Sequence record: SRR22947727_1394
Direction: 5' to 3' (one strand)
DNA: 37,444 nucleotides
Each line of letters begins with the position of its first letter. Within the stretch, counting starts at the first letter, position 1. Below the pieces are notes generated by a model that was given only the letters and a program-made list of their open reading frames with translations, made no database searches and had not been told where the DNA came from. Below are positions 1 through 9,005 of this stretch, piece by piece. Made by a program: the position numbers and the translations under genes.

Positions 1-1
1 G

Positions 2-673
2 ATCTATGTCGATGCCACCTGCCCTTTGGTGAGTAAAGTGCATATTGAGGCCGAGCGTCATCACGCGGCAGGGCTACAGATGGTAATGATCGGCCATGAA
101 GGACATCCCGAAACAGTGGGTACGATGGGCCAATTGCCGACGGGAGATGTTCTTTTGGTGGAAACCTCCGAAGATGTGGCAAAGCTAAACATACGCGATC
201 CCGAAAAATTGGCGTTTGTGACGCAAACAACGCTGTCGATTGATGATACCGCGGATATTGTGGCTGCCCTGAAACTGCGCTTCCCGAATATTGTAGGGCC
301 GCATAAAGAAGATATTTGCTATGCAACAACCAATCGGCAAATTGCGGTCAAAGAAATCGCGCCTTTGGTGGATGCATTACTGGTGGTCGGGGCTCCCAAT
401 TCTTCCAATTCACAACGTTTGGTGGAAGTGGCATCAAAGGCTGGCTGTTCTTACGCACAGCTCGTTCAGCGCGACACCGAGATTGACTGGCGTGCTTTGG
501 AGGGCATTCAATCGGTGGGGCTTACGGCGGGGGCATCTGCACCTGAGGTTTTGGTCAATGAAATCATCGAAGCATTTCGCGCGCGCTATAAGGTGACGAT
601 TGAGCATGTGGAAACCGCGCAAGAAAACGTAAATTTCAAAGTTCCACGCGTGTTGCGCGAAGCCGCCTTATGA
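2..673 (+). CDS. ispH: 4-hydroxy-3-methylbut-2-enyl diphosphate reductase (5'-truncated by window edge)
   Basis: The frame is open from base 2 ([14 protein letters not shown]). It carries the IspH motifs [22 protein letters not shown] and SSNS. Confidence 0.97.
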   Translation: MYVDATCPLVSKVHIEAERHHAAGLQMVMIGHEGHPETVGTMGQLPTGDVLLVETSEDVAKLNIRDPEKLAFVTQTTLSIDDTADIVAALKLRFPNIVGPHKEDICYATTNRQIAVKEIAPLVDALLVVGAPNSSNSQRLVEVASKAGCSYAQLVQRDTEIDWRALEGIQSVGLTAGASAPEVLVNEIIEAFRARYKVTIEHVETAQENVNFKVPRVLREAAL

Positions 674-767
674 GCGCTATTCAGCCCGCCCAAAATAGGG
701 GGCTTCGAAAAGCTTCACCCTCTCGCTTAAAGCAGATGGCCAAGGCCAAAGCCAGAGATCCTCACAA

Positions 768-1217
768 ATGGTAAACATCCCACGCTCCGCGTTGGTTTTG
801 GGCTTGGCCGGCCTACTGCCATTTTTCTGGGGCGTGGCAACGCTTTATTCTGATGCCTTAAGCCTTTGGACCCTGCGCACAATTGGTCCGCGGTTCAACG
901 GCCCCTATGTGCAAGTTTATTACGGGGCAATTATCCTGTCATTCATGTCTGGCGTACTTTGGGGCTTCGCGACGAAAACTTCCGGCCGACAGGCCACAAT
1001 TGGCTATATATTATCTGTTTTACCCGCCTTGTGGGCGTTTTTTATGACTGGGAGCGGCCCGACCTCGGCCTCAATACACCTAATGACCGGATTTGCTGGC
1101 CTGCTGCTTTTGGATTGGTTTTTTTGGGCTCAATCTTTGGCACCGCCATGGTGGATGCGCTTACGGATATTGCTGACGGCTTTGGTGCTTGGCTGTTTAG
1201 GCTTAGGGGGTTTGTAA
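768..1217 (+). CDS. DUF3429-like integral membrane protein
   Basis: 149 aa with several hydrophobic helices. The motifs LGLAGLLPF, YGAIILSFMSGVLWG and PPWWMRLR are typical of DUF3429. Confidence 0.8.
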   Translation: MVNIPRSALVLGLAGLLPFFWGVATLYSDALSLWTLRTIGPRFNGPYVQVYYGAIILSFMSGVLWGFATKTSGRQATIGYILSVLPALWAFFMTGSGPTSASIHLMTGFAGLLLLDWFFWAQSLAPPWWMRLRILLTALVLGCLGLGGL

Positions 1218-1819
1218 TGGCAGCTGATCAGGAAACCATCGCTGTTTATGATGGCAAAAGGCAAGATTACGCCGCGTTGAAACCGGATCCGCAGCAGAAT
1301 AAAGCAATGCGCGATTTTTCAGCTCAACTCGCTCCCGGAGCAAAGGTTTTGGATTATGGTTGCGGGCCTGGCGCCTTTGCCCGCGCCTTTGCAGATCAGG
1401 GCTTTCAAGTAGAGGCTTTTGATGCTTCAAAAGAGATGGTCGCACTGACCCAAGCCGATCAGCGAATAAAGACATGGCAAGCGAGTTTTGAAAAGTTTCA
1501 AGCGCGGCATCGCTATGATGGGGTTTGGGCCAGTTTCTCTTTATTGCATGCCCCGCGTGAACAAATGCCAAATTTGTTAATGGCCATTCAATGCGCGCTT
1601 AAACCCAGCGGCTGTTTTACACTGGCCTTAAAACTGGGTAGCGGATCGCAGCGCGATAGCCTAGGGCGGCTCTATACCTATTATAGCCTGCCAGAGTTGC
1701 GCGGCTTGCTGACAACGGCGAAATTTGACTGGCTGAGTCATATTGAAGGCAGAAGTATTGGGCTGGATGGCACTCAATCAGATTGGGCAATCATTCATAC
1801 GCGGATCCGGAATGGCTGA
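1217..1819 (+). CDS. Class I SAM-dependent methyltransferase
   Basis: The likely start is ATG at 1217, overlapping the upstream TAA ([12 protein letters not shown]). Motifs: [25 protein letters not shown]. Confidence 0.88.
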   Translation: MAADQETIAVYDGKRQDYAALKPDPQQNKAMRDFSAQLAPGAKVLDYGCGPGAFARAFADQGFQVEAFDASKEMVALTQADQRIKTWQASFEKFQARHRYDGVWASFSLLHAPREQMPNLLMAIQCALKPSGCFTLALKLGSGSQRDSLGRLYTYYSLPELRGLLTTAKFDWLSHIEGRSIGLDGTQSDWAIIHTRIRNG

Positions 1820-2264
1820 CTTATTTGCCTATACAGATGGCGCCTGTTCGGGCAATCCAGGCCCCGGTGGATGGGGTGTCTTGTTGCAAGCGAGCCAAGC
1901 CGGTAATATCGTTAAAGAGCGCGAATTGAGCGGCGGCGATCGTGCAACGACCAACAATCAAATGGAGCTGATGGCCGCGATCATGGCGCTTGAAACGCTG
2001 GATCGCGCAAGCACGTTGACCATCGTGACCGATAGCACCTATGTCAAAAACGGTGTCACCCAATGGATTCATGGCTGGAAGCGCAACAGTTGGCGCACCG
2101 CGGCGAAAAAACCGGTCAAAAATGTAGAGCTATGGCAACGGCTTGATCTGGCGCAAAGCCGCCATCAGGTGACATGGGAATGGGTCAAGGGCCATGCAGA
2201 GCATCCGGAAAATGAACGGGCGGATGAATTGGCCCGCGCCGGTATGGCCCCTTTTAAAATATGA
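1812..2264 (+). CDS. rnhA: Ribonuclease HI
   Basis: [36 protein letters not shown] and WVKGH...NERADELA give the RNase HI catalytic D/E/D/D set. Start re-called at 1812. Confidence 0.97.
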   Translation: MADLFAYTDGACSGNPGPGGWGVLLQASQAGNIVKERELSGGDRATTNNQMELMAAIMALETLDRASTLTIVTDSTYVKNGVTQWIHGWKRNSWRTAAKKPVKNVELWQRLDLAQSRHQVTWEWVKGHAEHPENERADELARAGMAPFKI

Positions 2265-2692
2265 GCAAACCTATCGTGCAAAAGGTTTGCCCTATTGTTT
2301 CACGATGCTCAAATGCGACGCCAGAAATCTTAATGTTTCGGCATCCGCTTGCCGGTATACAGCTGGTCAAAGGCACCGTTGAACCTTCAGAAAATCCAGC
2401 AGATGCAGCGCGGCGCGAACTCTTTGAAGAAAGTGGTCTCGTCTCAAAACAGCCATTATTTTTCATTGGAAAAAACACCCGAATGGTTTGCAGACAAATT
2501 TGGTATTTTAATCACCTCGATCTGCTTTGCACACGAAATCAATGAATCCATTTCGCCCCAGATGATGGGGGCATCAAGCTGCAATTTTTTTGGCATGCCC
2601 TGCTGGCGGCGGCGCCGCCAGACTGCGGCGCTTTATATGCGCACGTGTTAAATTATGCGCGCCCACTGCTCCTTAAGCAGCTAGAGCTTTAA
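2261..2692 (+). pseudogene. Nudix hydrolase interrupted by an in-frame TGA at 2543-2545
   Basis: Perfect Nudix box GTVEPSENPADAARRELFEESGL and an ATGA overlap with rnhA. The same frame continues after the TGA as IHFAPDDGGIKLQFFWHAL... to TAA at 2690-2692. Confidence 0.75.
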
Positions 2693-2883
2693 CGGCGTTT
2701 ACGGCGAAAAACCGCGTCACTCCAGTTTCGGATGTGCCGCGTCATGCGCTTCGACAGCCTTTCCAGATTGAGGGCAGGCTTTGGCACTGGTTCATGCTTT
2801 TGGCGCGCCAGATCACTTGGGTCAGCCGGCCTGAACATTCGAAGCGCATTCTTACCCTGTAACAGGCGAAAATGCTCAAACAT
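2689..2883 (-). CDS. Small basic hypothetical protein (64 aa)
   Basis: ATG-started ORF filling an otherwise empty gap. Its stop shares TTAA (2689-2692) with the convergent Nudix stop. No family recognised. Confidence 0.4.
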   Translation of the reverse strand: MFEHFRLLQGKNALRMFRPADPSDLARQKHEPVPKPALNLERLSKRMTRHIRNWSDAVFRRKRR

Positions 2884-2916
2884 AACAACTCATAATTTAA
2901 AAGGGGATCTGGCCTC

Positions 2917-2931
2917 TTAAAGGCACATTAA
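2917..2931. promoter_or_regulatory. Candidate CtrA full binding site
   Basis: TTAA-AGGCACA-TTAA is an exact TTAA-N7-TTAA match in intergenic DNA, about 34 nt upstream of ORF 2883(-). Confidence 0.5.
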
Positions 2932-3065
2932 GCGGAGCGTTATCACTAACAATCAGGGTAAAAAGCATCTAAGCCGGCTAACTCTCTCGAACATCGTATG
3001 ATCATGGCGCTCTCCCCATAGGAAGTTGATCCTAACTATAAAGATCACCACTGAGATTACAGCTA

Positions 3066-3090
3066 TAAATAAATAATAAATAAATAAATA
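3066..3090. repeat. Imperfect (TAAA)n microsatellite
   Basis: TAAA TAAA TAA TAAA TAAA TAAA TA, read directly from the sequence. Confidence 0.8.
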
Positions 3091-3093
3091 TTT

Positions 3094-3459
3094 CTACTTT
3101 AGGGTGAAATCAGCAAACTCGCCTGCGCCTTTTTCCGTGGTGAATCGTATCTTATCGCCATTCAATGCGACCTCTTGGCAATTATGCTCGAATGTTTTTC
3201 CACCCCAGTATAACACGCGGCAAAAATACCGATCTTCCCAAACCCAAGTGCCCGTAACTTTCATAGCCGCCGCTTTGCCCGTTATTGTTCCGTCTGGCTT
3301 CACCTGCAACCTGATCAGCGGGCGCTTTAAATCTTTTCCTTCAATGACAGATAAAAAATGATCACGCTTGGACAATACAACAAATTCAGCCCAGGCGCTG
3401 ACGGGCAAAAAGATCGCTATGCCAACGCAAGTAAAGATCCCAACAAATAAACCACGCAT
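3094..3459 (-). CDS. Exported small beta-rich hypothetical protein downstream of dapB
   Basis: The likely start is MRGLFVG at 3459, with a signal peptide ending AWA-E. It has G-x-W-x-W, YFCR and NCQ motifs (two Cys in the mature part) and no reductase motifs. Confidence 0.75.
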   Translation of the reverse strand: MRGLFVGIFTCVGIAIFLPVSAWAEFVVLSKRDHFLSVIEGKDLKRPLIRLQVKPDGTITGKAAAMKVTGTWVWEDRYFCRVLYWGGKTFEHNCQEVALNGDKIRFTTEKGAGEFADFTLK

Positions 3460-3543
3460 GCTGTTTACCCTGAAACGATTGTTATGACGGAGACGTATTT
3501 CATTGATCCGATGAAGCAAATCACATTTGCGTGTTGCTTGAGG

Positions 3544-4353
3544 CTAAAGGCCCAAAACATCCAGCATATTATATTCACCTACGGGTTTATTTTGCGCCCA
3601 TTGCGCAGCTTTCAACGCGCCTTTAGCAAACAGCAAACGGTCAGTGGCCACGTGGCGCAGGGTGATCCGCTCGCCAACCCCCGCAAACAGCACATCATGC
3701 TCTCCAACAATATCCCCCCCGCGAATGGCCGCAAACCCGATATGGCCTGTTTGGCGCGCACCGGTGATACCGTCGCGGCCGCTATCGCGCATCTGCGCCA
3801 GATCAATGCCACGCCCCTCTGCAGCCGCTTCGCCCAGCATCAGCGCTGTGCCAGAGGGTGCATCAACTTTCTTGTTATGATGGGCTTCAATCACTTCAAT
3901 ATCAAAATCTTCATCTAACGCCGCTGCAACTTTCTTCGTAAGCTGCACCAACAAATTTACCCCAAGAGACATATTGCCCGCCCGCACAATCACCGTTTTT
4001 TCGGCGGCTTTTGCCACCGCGGCAAGATCCTCATCGCTCAGCCCCGTGGTTCCAATCACATGGGCGGTTCCGGTTTGAGCAGCTTGCTTTGCAAAGGCCA
4101 CTGTTGCCGCGGGGCTGGTGAAATCGATAACAACATCGGCATGGGCAAATACGTTTTCCGCTTTATCCTGCACAATCAAACCTGTTTCAGATTTCTGCAT
4201 CACGCGCCCCAAATCTTGGCCAACCCATGGATGATCGGGCCGCTCTAAGGCCCCAACCAAGGTAGCTGTTTCGCTGGCATGCACGCTTTCGACCAACATT
4301 TGGCCCATACGCCCAGATACTCCGGTTATGGCAACGCCAAGCAGATCTGACAT
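3544..4353 (-). CDS. dapB: 4-hydroxy-tetrahydrodipicolinate reductase
   Basis: [31 protein letters not shown] and RGGDIVGEH. Confidence 0.97.
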   Translation of the reverse strand: MSDLLGVAITGVSGRMGQMLVESVHASETATLVGALERPDHPWVGQDLGRVMQKSETGLIVQDKAENVFAHADVVIDFTSPAATVAFAKQAAQTGTAHVIGTTGLSDEDLAAVAKAAEKTVIVRAGNMSLGVNLLVQLTKKVAAALDEDFDIEVIEAHHNKKVDAPSGTALMLGEAAAEGRGIDLAQMRDSGRDGITGARQTGHIGFAAIRGGDIVGEHDVLFAGVGERITLRHVATDRLLFAKGALKAAQWAQNKPVGEYNMLDVLGL

Positions 4354-4439
4354 AATACACTCCTATTTTTCTGACTTTCTTCCTCATAACCTGCCAAAGC
4401 TGGCTTGGCAAAGCCCAAGGAAGCGCGTAGAGCAAATCT

Positions 4440-4838
4440 ATGGGAAAGAATAAATTTCATGATGGGCCCGGCCCGTCTCAACGGCAATTGCGCGTCGGTG
4501 AATTGATCCGCCGCACTTTGTCAGACATTCTGATACGCGGCGATATTCATGACCCAGACCTCAACAGGATGTCGGTGACTGTCGGGGAGGTCAGTACCTC
4601 ACCTGATTTGAAAATTGCCACCGTTTATGCCTGCCCATTGGGCGGTAATGGAGGGCCGGAAATGATCGCCCTTTTGGCAAAAAATAAACATGAGATACGC
4701 CGTGCAATTTCAAAAAACTTAACGCTAAAATACACGCCGGATCTACGATTTCGATTGGATGAAACCTTTGATCGGATGGATGAAACACGCCGGTTAATGG
4801 CTCAAAACGCCGTACGTCAAGATCTGGAAGACGAATAG
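4440..4838 (+). CDS. rbfA: 30S ribosome-binding factor A
   Basis: [25 protein letters not shown] and [12 protein letters not shown]. Confidence 0.95.
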   Translation: MGKNKFHDGPGPSQRQLRVGELIRRTLSDILIRGDIHDPDLNRMSVTVGEVSTSPDLKIATVYACPLGGNGGPEMIALLAKNKHEIRRAISKNLTLKYTPDLRFRLDETFDRMDETRRLMAQNAVRQDLEDE

Positions 4839-5058
4839 CGTTCCGCTAAATGCAAGCGTGATCCTAGGGCAGGAACCGCTATTCTCAACTGGTGTCCCGA
4901 GCATAGCCTGCCGCGGCCCATATCCGATAACCCAGCCGGCTTTGGGTTTGAACATAATGTCTTCGTTGTTTTTACGCGCCCGCGCCGCGATATGAAGCTT
5001 CGCTTTATCCATAACACCCGCGGTTTTGCAACGCGCAGATCATCATTCGCCCAAAAGC

Positions 5059-5085
5059 AAAAAAGGGCCCCTAAAAGGCCCTTTT
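5059..5085. terminator. Probable intrinsic terminator, possibly bidirectional, between convergent rbfA and ibpA
   Basis: AAAAGGGCC-cctaaaa-GGCCCTTTT is a perfect 9-bp inverted repeat giving a U-run on each strand. It lies about 55 nt past the Hsp20 stop. Confidence 0.7.
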
Positions 5086-5138
5086 CAAAACGTATAGACC
5101 GCGCCGTAGCATGGTTCATTTTTCGCTTTGAGCAAATA

Positions 5139-5597
5139 TCAATTCAAAGCGGGGCGCGGCGCATTTGCCCCGTCGCCCGAAGAAATTTCGATCCTGCGCG
5201 GTTTCAACGCGTCTGGAATTTCATGCTTCAATTCAATATGCAGCATTCCGTCGGCATGGCTGGCACCATTCACGCGAATATGATTCGCCAAATGGAAACG
5301 GCGTTCGAAAGATCGAGTGGCAATACCGCGATGCAAATACCGCCCTTCCGCCTCAGTCTGCGGCTTTTGTGCGGCAATGCTCAGAGTGTTTTCGTTAACA
5401 TCAATGTTTAAATCCTGATCCGAAAATCCAGCCACGGCCAAAGAGATCCGATAGGTTTCTGCATCGGTTTTCTCGATATTATAAGGAGGGTAGCTTGATT
5501 GCGTGGTCTGAGTTGAGGCCAGCCGATCCATAAGTGTGGCCATGTGATCAAAGCCAACACTGGCACGATATAGCGGTGTAAAGTCAAAATCTCTCAT
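5139..5597 (-). CDS. ibpA: Small heat-shock protein (Hsp20/IbpA family)
   Basis: MRDFDFTPLYRASVGFD, YPPYNIEK, YLHRGIA, GMLHI and a C-terminal I-x-I motif (RRIEI). The SD AAGGA precedes ATG 5597. Confidence 0.92.
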   Translation of the reverse strand: MRDFDFTPLYRASVGFDHMATLMDRLASTQTTQSSYPPYNIEKTDAETYRISLAVAGFSDQDLNIDVNENTLSIAAQKPQTEAEGRYLHRGIATRSFERRFHLANHIRVNGASHADGMLHIELKHEIPDALKPRRIEISSGDGANAPRPALN

Positions 5598-5683
5598 AGG
5601 TTGTCCTTTCTGAAGCAACAACGTGGGGCCCTGTCATTTGTAGACCAGAGCGTTAAAATACAGGCCCTTTGCGGCGCCTGTGA
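5598..5683 (-). promoter_or_regulatory. ROSE-type RNA thermometer in the ibpA 5' UTR
   Basis: The minus-strand hairpin GUUGUUGCUU-CAGA-AAGGACAAC (5600-5622) pairs UUGCU with the AGGA SD, leaving a bulged G. A second, 5' hairpin ACAGGC...GCAA...GCCUGU lies at 5660-5681. Confidence 0.8.
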
Positions 5684-5688
5684 TCTTT

Positions 5689-5717
5689 AAGTGGGACTCT
5701 ACTTTTGCAGTTTCAAG
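5689..5717 (-). promoter_or_regulatory. RpoH (sigma-32)-type promoter of ibpA
   Basis: Minus strand CTTGAA-N16-CCCACTT resembles the alphaproteobacterial RpoH consensus (CTTGAA-N16-CC[C/T]A..T). Confidence 0.72.
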
Positions 5718-5748
5718 CCCCCCAGAAGCCAAAAAATAATCCTGACGC

Positions 5749-6507
5749 TTATGGGCGCGCGTAAAGCCGCGCATACATGCGCGCCAAAGCTGGCTGCAGC
5801 GCCGGGCCCAGCGCAACATCCTGACCATTCAACTGTGCTTTGGCTGAAATCAGCGAGACCATTGTGAAACGCCCATCGGGGTATTTGTAAAAAACTGGAG
5901 CCCCAGAGGATCCGAATGTAACCTCGCAGGCCAAGACAAGCATGCCAATTTGATCACCGGCTGCGCGGCAATTTTGTTGTATATGCGGCCCGTCAGATTT
6001 ACCGCGCTGGTAAGAGACCAATGCCAAAGCAGCACCCAAAGCGGGGAACCCATCCACCTTAAACGGCATAGCTGCCCCGACAGGTACAGCCTCTTTCAAT
6101 TCGAGCAGCGCAATATCGTTACGGATCCGGCGGGTCTCAAAAAATATATCTTCAAACTGGTAATCCGGATGCGTGACCGCCCGCTTGATCGCTGTTGTGA
6201 AATAGGCTTTTCCTGCGCGCCACCCAGCCTGAAAGCGCAATTTTTCCGCAGAAAATGCCTGCCCTGTGGCGCTGTCAAAAAGACAATGCGCTGCCGTGAC
6301 AATGATTTTTTCTGACACCAAAGAGGCCGTACAAAACCCGTCACCCTGATCAATTGACAATCGCCCAACCGAGGGCAGAAGGGTCGCGATTTCTTTTTGC
6401 GAGGGCAGATGGCTGTCTTCGGCGTGGCTGGGCAGTGCCAGCCCAATGTAGCAGATAAGGCACCACGCCAGCATCCAATAATATGTTGTTAAAAACCAAG
6501 AGCGCAT
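5749..6507 (-). CDS. Exported trypsin-like (S1, V8-like) serine protease
   Basis: Signal peptide plus the catalytic triad motifs TAAHC, NDIALL and GSSGAP. Confidence 0.88.
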   Translation of the reverse strand: MRSWFLTTYYWMLAWCLICYIGLALPSHAEDSHLPSQKEIATLLPSVGRLSIDQGDGFCTASLVSEKIIVTAAHCLFDSATGQAFSAEKLRFQAGWRAGKAYFTTAIKRAVTHPDYQFEDIFFETRRIRNDIALLELKEAVPVGAAMPFKVDGFPALGAALALVSYQRGKSDGPHIQQNCRAAGDQIGMLVLACEVTFGSSGAPVFYKYPDGRFTMVSLISAKAQLNGQDVALGPALQPALARMYARLYARP

Positions 6508-6554
6508 GCCCCCATGGCTAAACGATCATCGGATCGTCCGAAAGGACAAATTGC

Positions 6555-7877
6555 TCAGCGCAGACGTGGAATTCCATCACCTTGGGCATAGCCCGCCCGC
6601 AACGCCGCCGGTTGCGGCCCCCCGGTCGCCCAATCCAAAAGCTCAACGCTATGCACAACAGGCACGGCGGTTCCAGATCCAATTTGCATCATGCAGCCAA
6701 TATTACCCGCAGCGATGATATCCGGCTGCAAGGCTTCAAGATTTGCCACTTTGCGCGTTTTCAATTGGCTGGATATCTCTGGTTGCATCAAATTATAGGT
6801 GCCCGCCGATCCGCAGCATAAATGCGGATCTGCAGGTTCCAAAACCGTAAAACCAGCCTTTTGTAAAAGCGTTTTGGGGAATGTTTTGATTTGCTGACCA
6901 TGCTGAAGCGAACAGGCCGCGTGATAGGCCACCTTGATATTTTTTTGCTCTAGGTCAGGCATTTCGAGCTGCATCAAAAGCTCGGATACATCCATCGTCA
7001 GCTTTGAAATCTGCGCAGCTTCTTCCGCCAAATCACTGTCGCGGAACATGTGGCCATAATCTTTTACCGTGGTGCCACACCCGCTTGTATTGATCACCAC
7101 CGCGTCCAAACCGTCATGGTCTATTTCGCTTTGCCACGCCCGAATATTTTGCGCGGCTGCCGCATGGCTTTCGGTGGTTTTGCCAAGATGATGCGTTAAG
7201 GCACCGCAACACCCCTGCCCCTGCGGGATAACAATTTCGCAGCCCAACCTCTGAAGCAGACGAATGGTTGCATCATTTATATTCGTATTCAGCGCGCGTT
7301 GTGCGCAGCCGGTCATCAAGACAACGCGTTTCTTGCGCGCGATGCTTGGCACAAAGCTTTGCGGATCATCATTGCGGCTGACAGGAGGGACCTGTTTTGG
7401 CGCCATCGCGATCATCGCACGCAGCCGTGGATCCGGCAAATAACGAACAATAGGCCGCGCCATTTTCGCCCCCAAAAGGGCAAGCCTAAACCGCGTTGGA
7501 TAGGGTAAAATTTTCACCAGGGCCCAGCGCAACAAGCGCTCAAAAAGCGGGCGTTTATACTTATCTTCGATATAGGCGCGCGCATGATCAACCAGATGCA
7601 TATAATGCACCCCGGAGGGGCATGTGCTCATACAAGCCAGGCATGACAGGCAGCGGTCGATATGTTTTACGGTTTTTTGATCCGGCACACGGTTGTTTTC
7701 AAGCATATCCTTGATCAGATAAATGCGCCCGCGCGGACTGTCTAATTCATCGCCCAAGACTTGATAGGTCGGGCATGTAGCAGTGCAAAACCCGCAATGA
7801 ACACAGGCCCGTAAAACCTCATTTGAGCGTTTAAAATCGGGTTCTAGCAACTGGTCTTCGTTGAAAAAAGTTTGCAT
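6555..7877 (-). CDS. glcF: Glycolate oxidase iron-sulfur subunit
   Basis: Two CxxCxxCxxxCP motifs and two CCG domains; follows glcD and glcE. Confidence 0.95.
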   Translation of the reverse strand: MQTFFNEDQLLEPDFKRSNEVLRACVHCGFCTATCPTYQVLGDELDSPRGRIYLIKDMLENNRVPDQKTVKHIDRCLSCLACMSTCPSGVHYMHLVDHARAYIEDKYKRPLFERLLRWALVKILPYPTRFRLALLGAKMARPIVRYLPDPRLRAMIAMAPKQVPPVSRNDDPQSFVPSIARKKRVVLMTGCAQRALNTNINDATIRLLQRLGCEIVIPQGQGCCGALTHHLGKTTESHAAAAQNIRAWQSEIDHDGLDAVVINTSGCGTTVKDYGHMFRDSDLAEEAAQISKLTMDVSELLMQLEMPDLEQKNIKVAYHAACSLQHGQQIKTFPKTLLQKAGFTVLEPADPHLCCGSAGTYNLMQPEISSQLKTRKVANLEALQPDIIAAGNIGCMMQIGSGTAVPVVHSVELLDWATGGPQPAALRAGYAQGDGIPRLR

Positions 7878-7880
7878 ATC

Positions 7881-8990
7881 TCAGTCCATCAAGCCGGTGT
7901 TTAAAATCCCGCGCGGATCAAATTTCTGACGAATTTTTTGGCTCAGCAAGGCAAACTGGGGCGCCTCTGGCTGAAACCGGGGAAGCGCACCCTTTTGGCC
8001 ACGGATGCAGGTCGCGTGACCCCCAAACCCCTGCAAAGCGGGGCGCGGATTGGCACCGGCCTCTAAAATCCCCCAGATCAATCCACCTGACCAATCCAAA
8101 AAGCCCTTCTGCAGGCCTGCCGCCTGACATACCGCAGGCGCATCACTTGGCTTGACAGAAATACGCCAAATATCGCCTGGAAGATCGGCCAGCGCCTCAA
8201 GATTGCGTACAGAATGCCATAAATCAGCAGAGGCGTCTTTTGGCAGGCGCGATATCTGGGCGCCAAAACGGCCTAACACCTCAGAAAGTTTTTCAGCCCG
8301 ATACCCAACCGACTTCAAAAAACCTTCAATGCGGATATATGTTTTCTGAGCCATCATGTCATATGCGGCGCCAGACACATCATAGGGGGTGGCCAAAGCG
8401 CCAGTCATCGCTTTGACCGCCTGCTGACTATCTAGCCCTTCCAAAACAAAGGTGGTTTCGGTTTCTGAGGCGGGCAGCACTTTAAAGGCCACCTCGCTCA
8501 GGACGCCCAAAGTGCCACAGCTGCCAGAAAGTAATTTCACCAAATCATATCCGGTGACGTTCTTCATCACCCGACCGCCATTGCGAATAACTTGACCCTG
8601 GCCGTCTACGCATTCGATGCCCAGCAAAAAATCCCGCGCCGCGCCCGTCTGAATACGCCGCGACCCACTGATATTGGCCGCGAACACCCCCCCGATGGTA
8701 GAGCTCTTTTGGCCGCCCAGTATTTTGTGATAGCGCATCGGCTCAAACGCCAATCGTTGACCCTGCGCAGCAAGCGTATCTTCAACCTCTTGCAGCGAAG
8801 TGCCCGCCCCTGCGACCATGGTCAATGCGCCCGGCTGATAGGCTTTGATTCCCGCCAAACCCGTGGTCTGAAGGGTCGCCCCCGCTTTGGGCGCAATGCC
8901 GCGGCTATCGCCGCCAACGATCCGCAAAGGAGCCTCTGCAGCGCGCATAATATCTGAAAGATCAGCTGTGGTTTGCGGCGTCATGGTCAT
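7881..8990 (-). CDS. glcE: Glycolate oxidase FAD-binding subunit
   Basis: GGRVMKNVTGYDLVKL and FDPRGILN; lies between glcD and glcF. Confidence 0.92.
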   Translation of the reverse strand: MTMTPQTTADLSDIMRAAEAPLRIVGGDSRGIAPKAGATLQTTGLAGIKAYQPGALTMVAGAGTSLQEVEDTLAAQGQRLAFEPMRYHKILGGQKSSTIGGVFAANISGSRRIQTGAARDFLLGIECVDGQGQVIRNGGRVMKNVTGYDLVKLLSGSCGTLGVLSEVAFKVLPASETETTFVLEGLDSQQAVKAMTGALATPYDVSGAAYDMMAQKTYIRIEGFLKSVGYRAEKLSEVLGRFGAQISRLPKDASADLWHSVRNLEALADLPGDIWRISVKPSDAPAVCQAAGLQKGFLDWSGGLIWGILEAGANPRPALQGFGGHATCIRGQKGALPRFQPEAPQFALLSQKIRQKFDPRGILNTGLMD

Positions 8991-9005
8991 GCTTCCAACG
9001 TTGGA

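Noticed and set aside
866..1216. N-terminal extension of the 317-aa methyltransferase ORF
   Set aside because: It overlaps the DUF3429 gene in another frame. The ATG at 1217, coupled to the upstream stop, gives a normal-sized protein.
2543..2545. Alternative genetic code (UGA=Trp) or selenocysteine
   Set aside because: ispH, rnhA and other genes end at TGA at their expected C-termini, and the position does not look like a catalytic Cys site.
4839..5411. The rbfA frame stays open for about 190 codons after its TAG, suggesting readthrough
   Set aside because: RbfA is already full length. The extension crosses a terminator hairpin, runs antisense to ibpA and has no recognisable motif.
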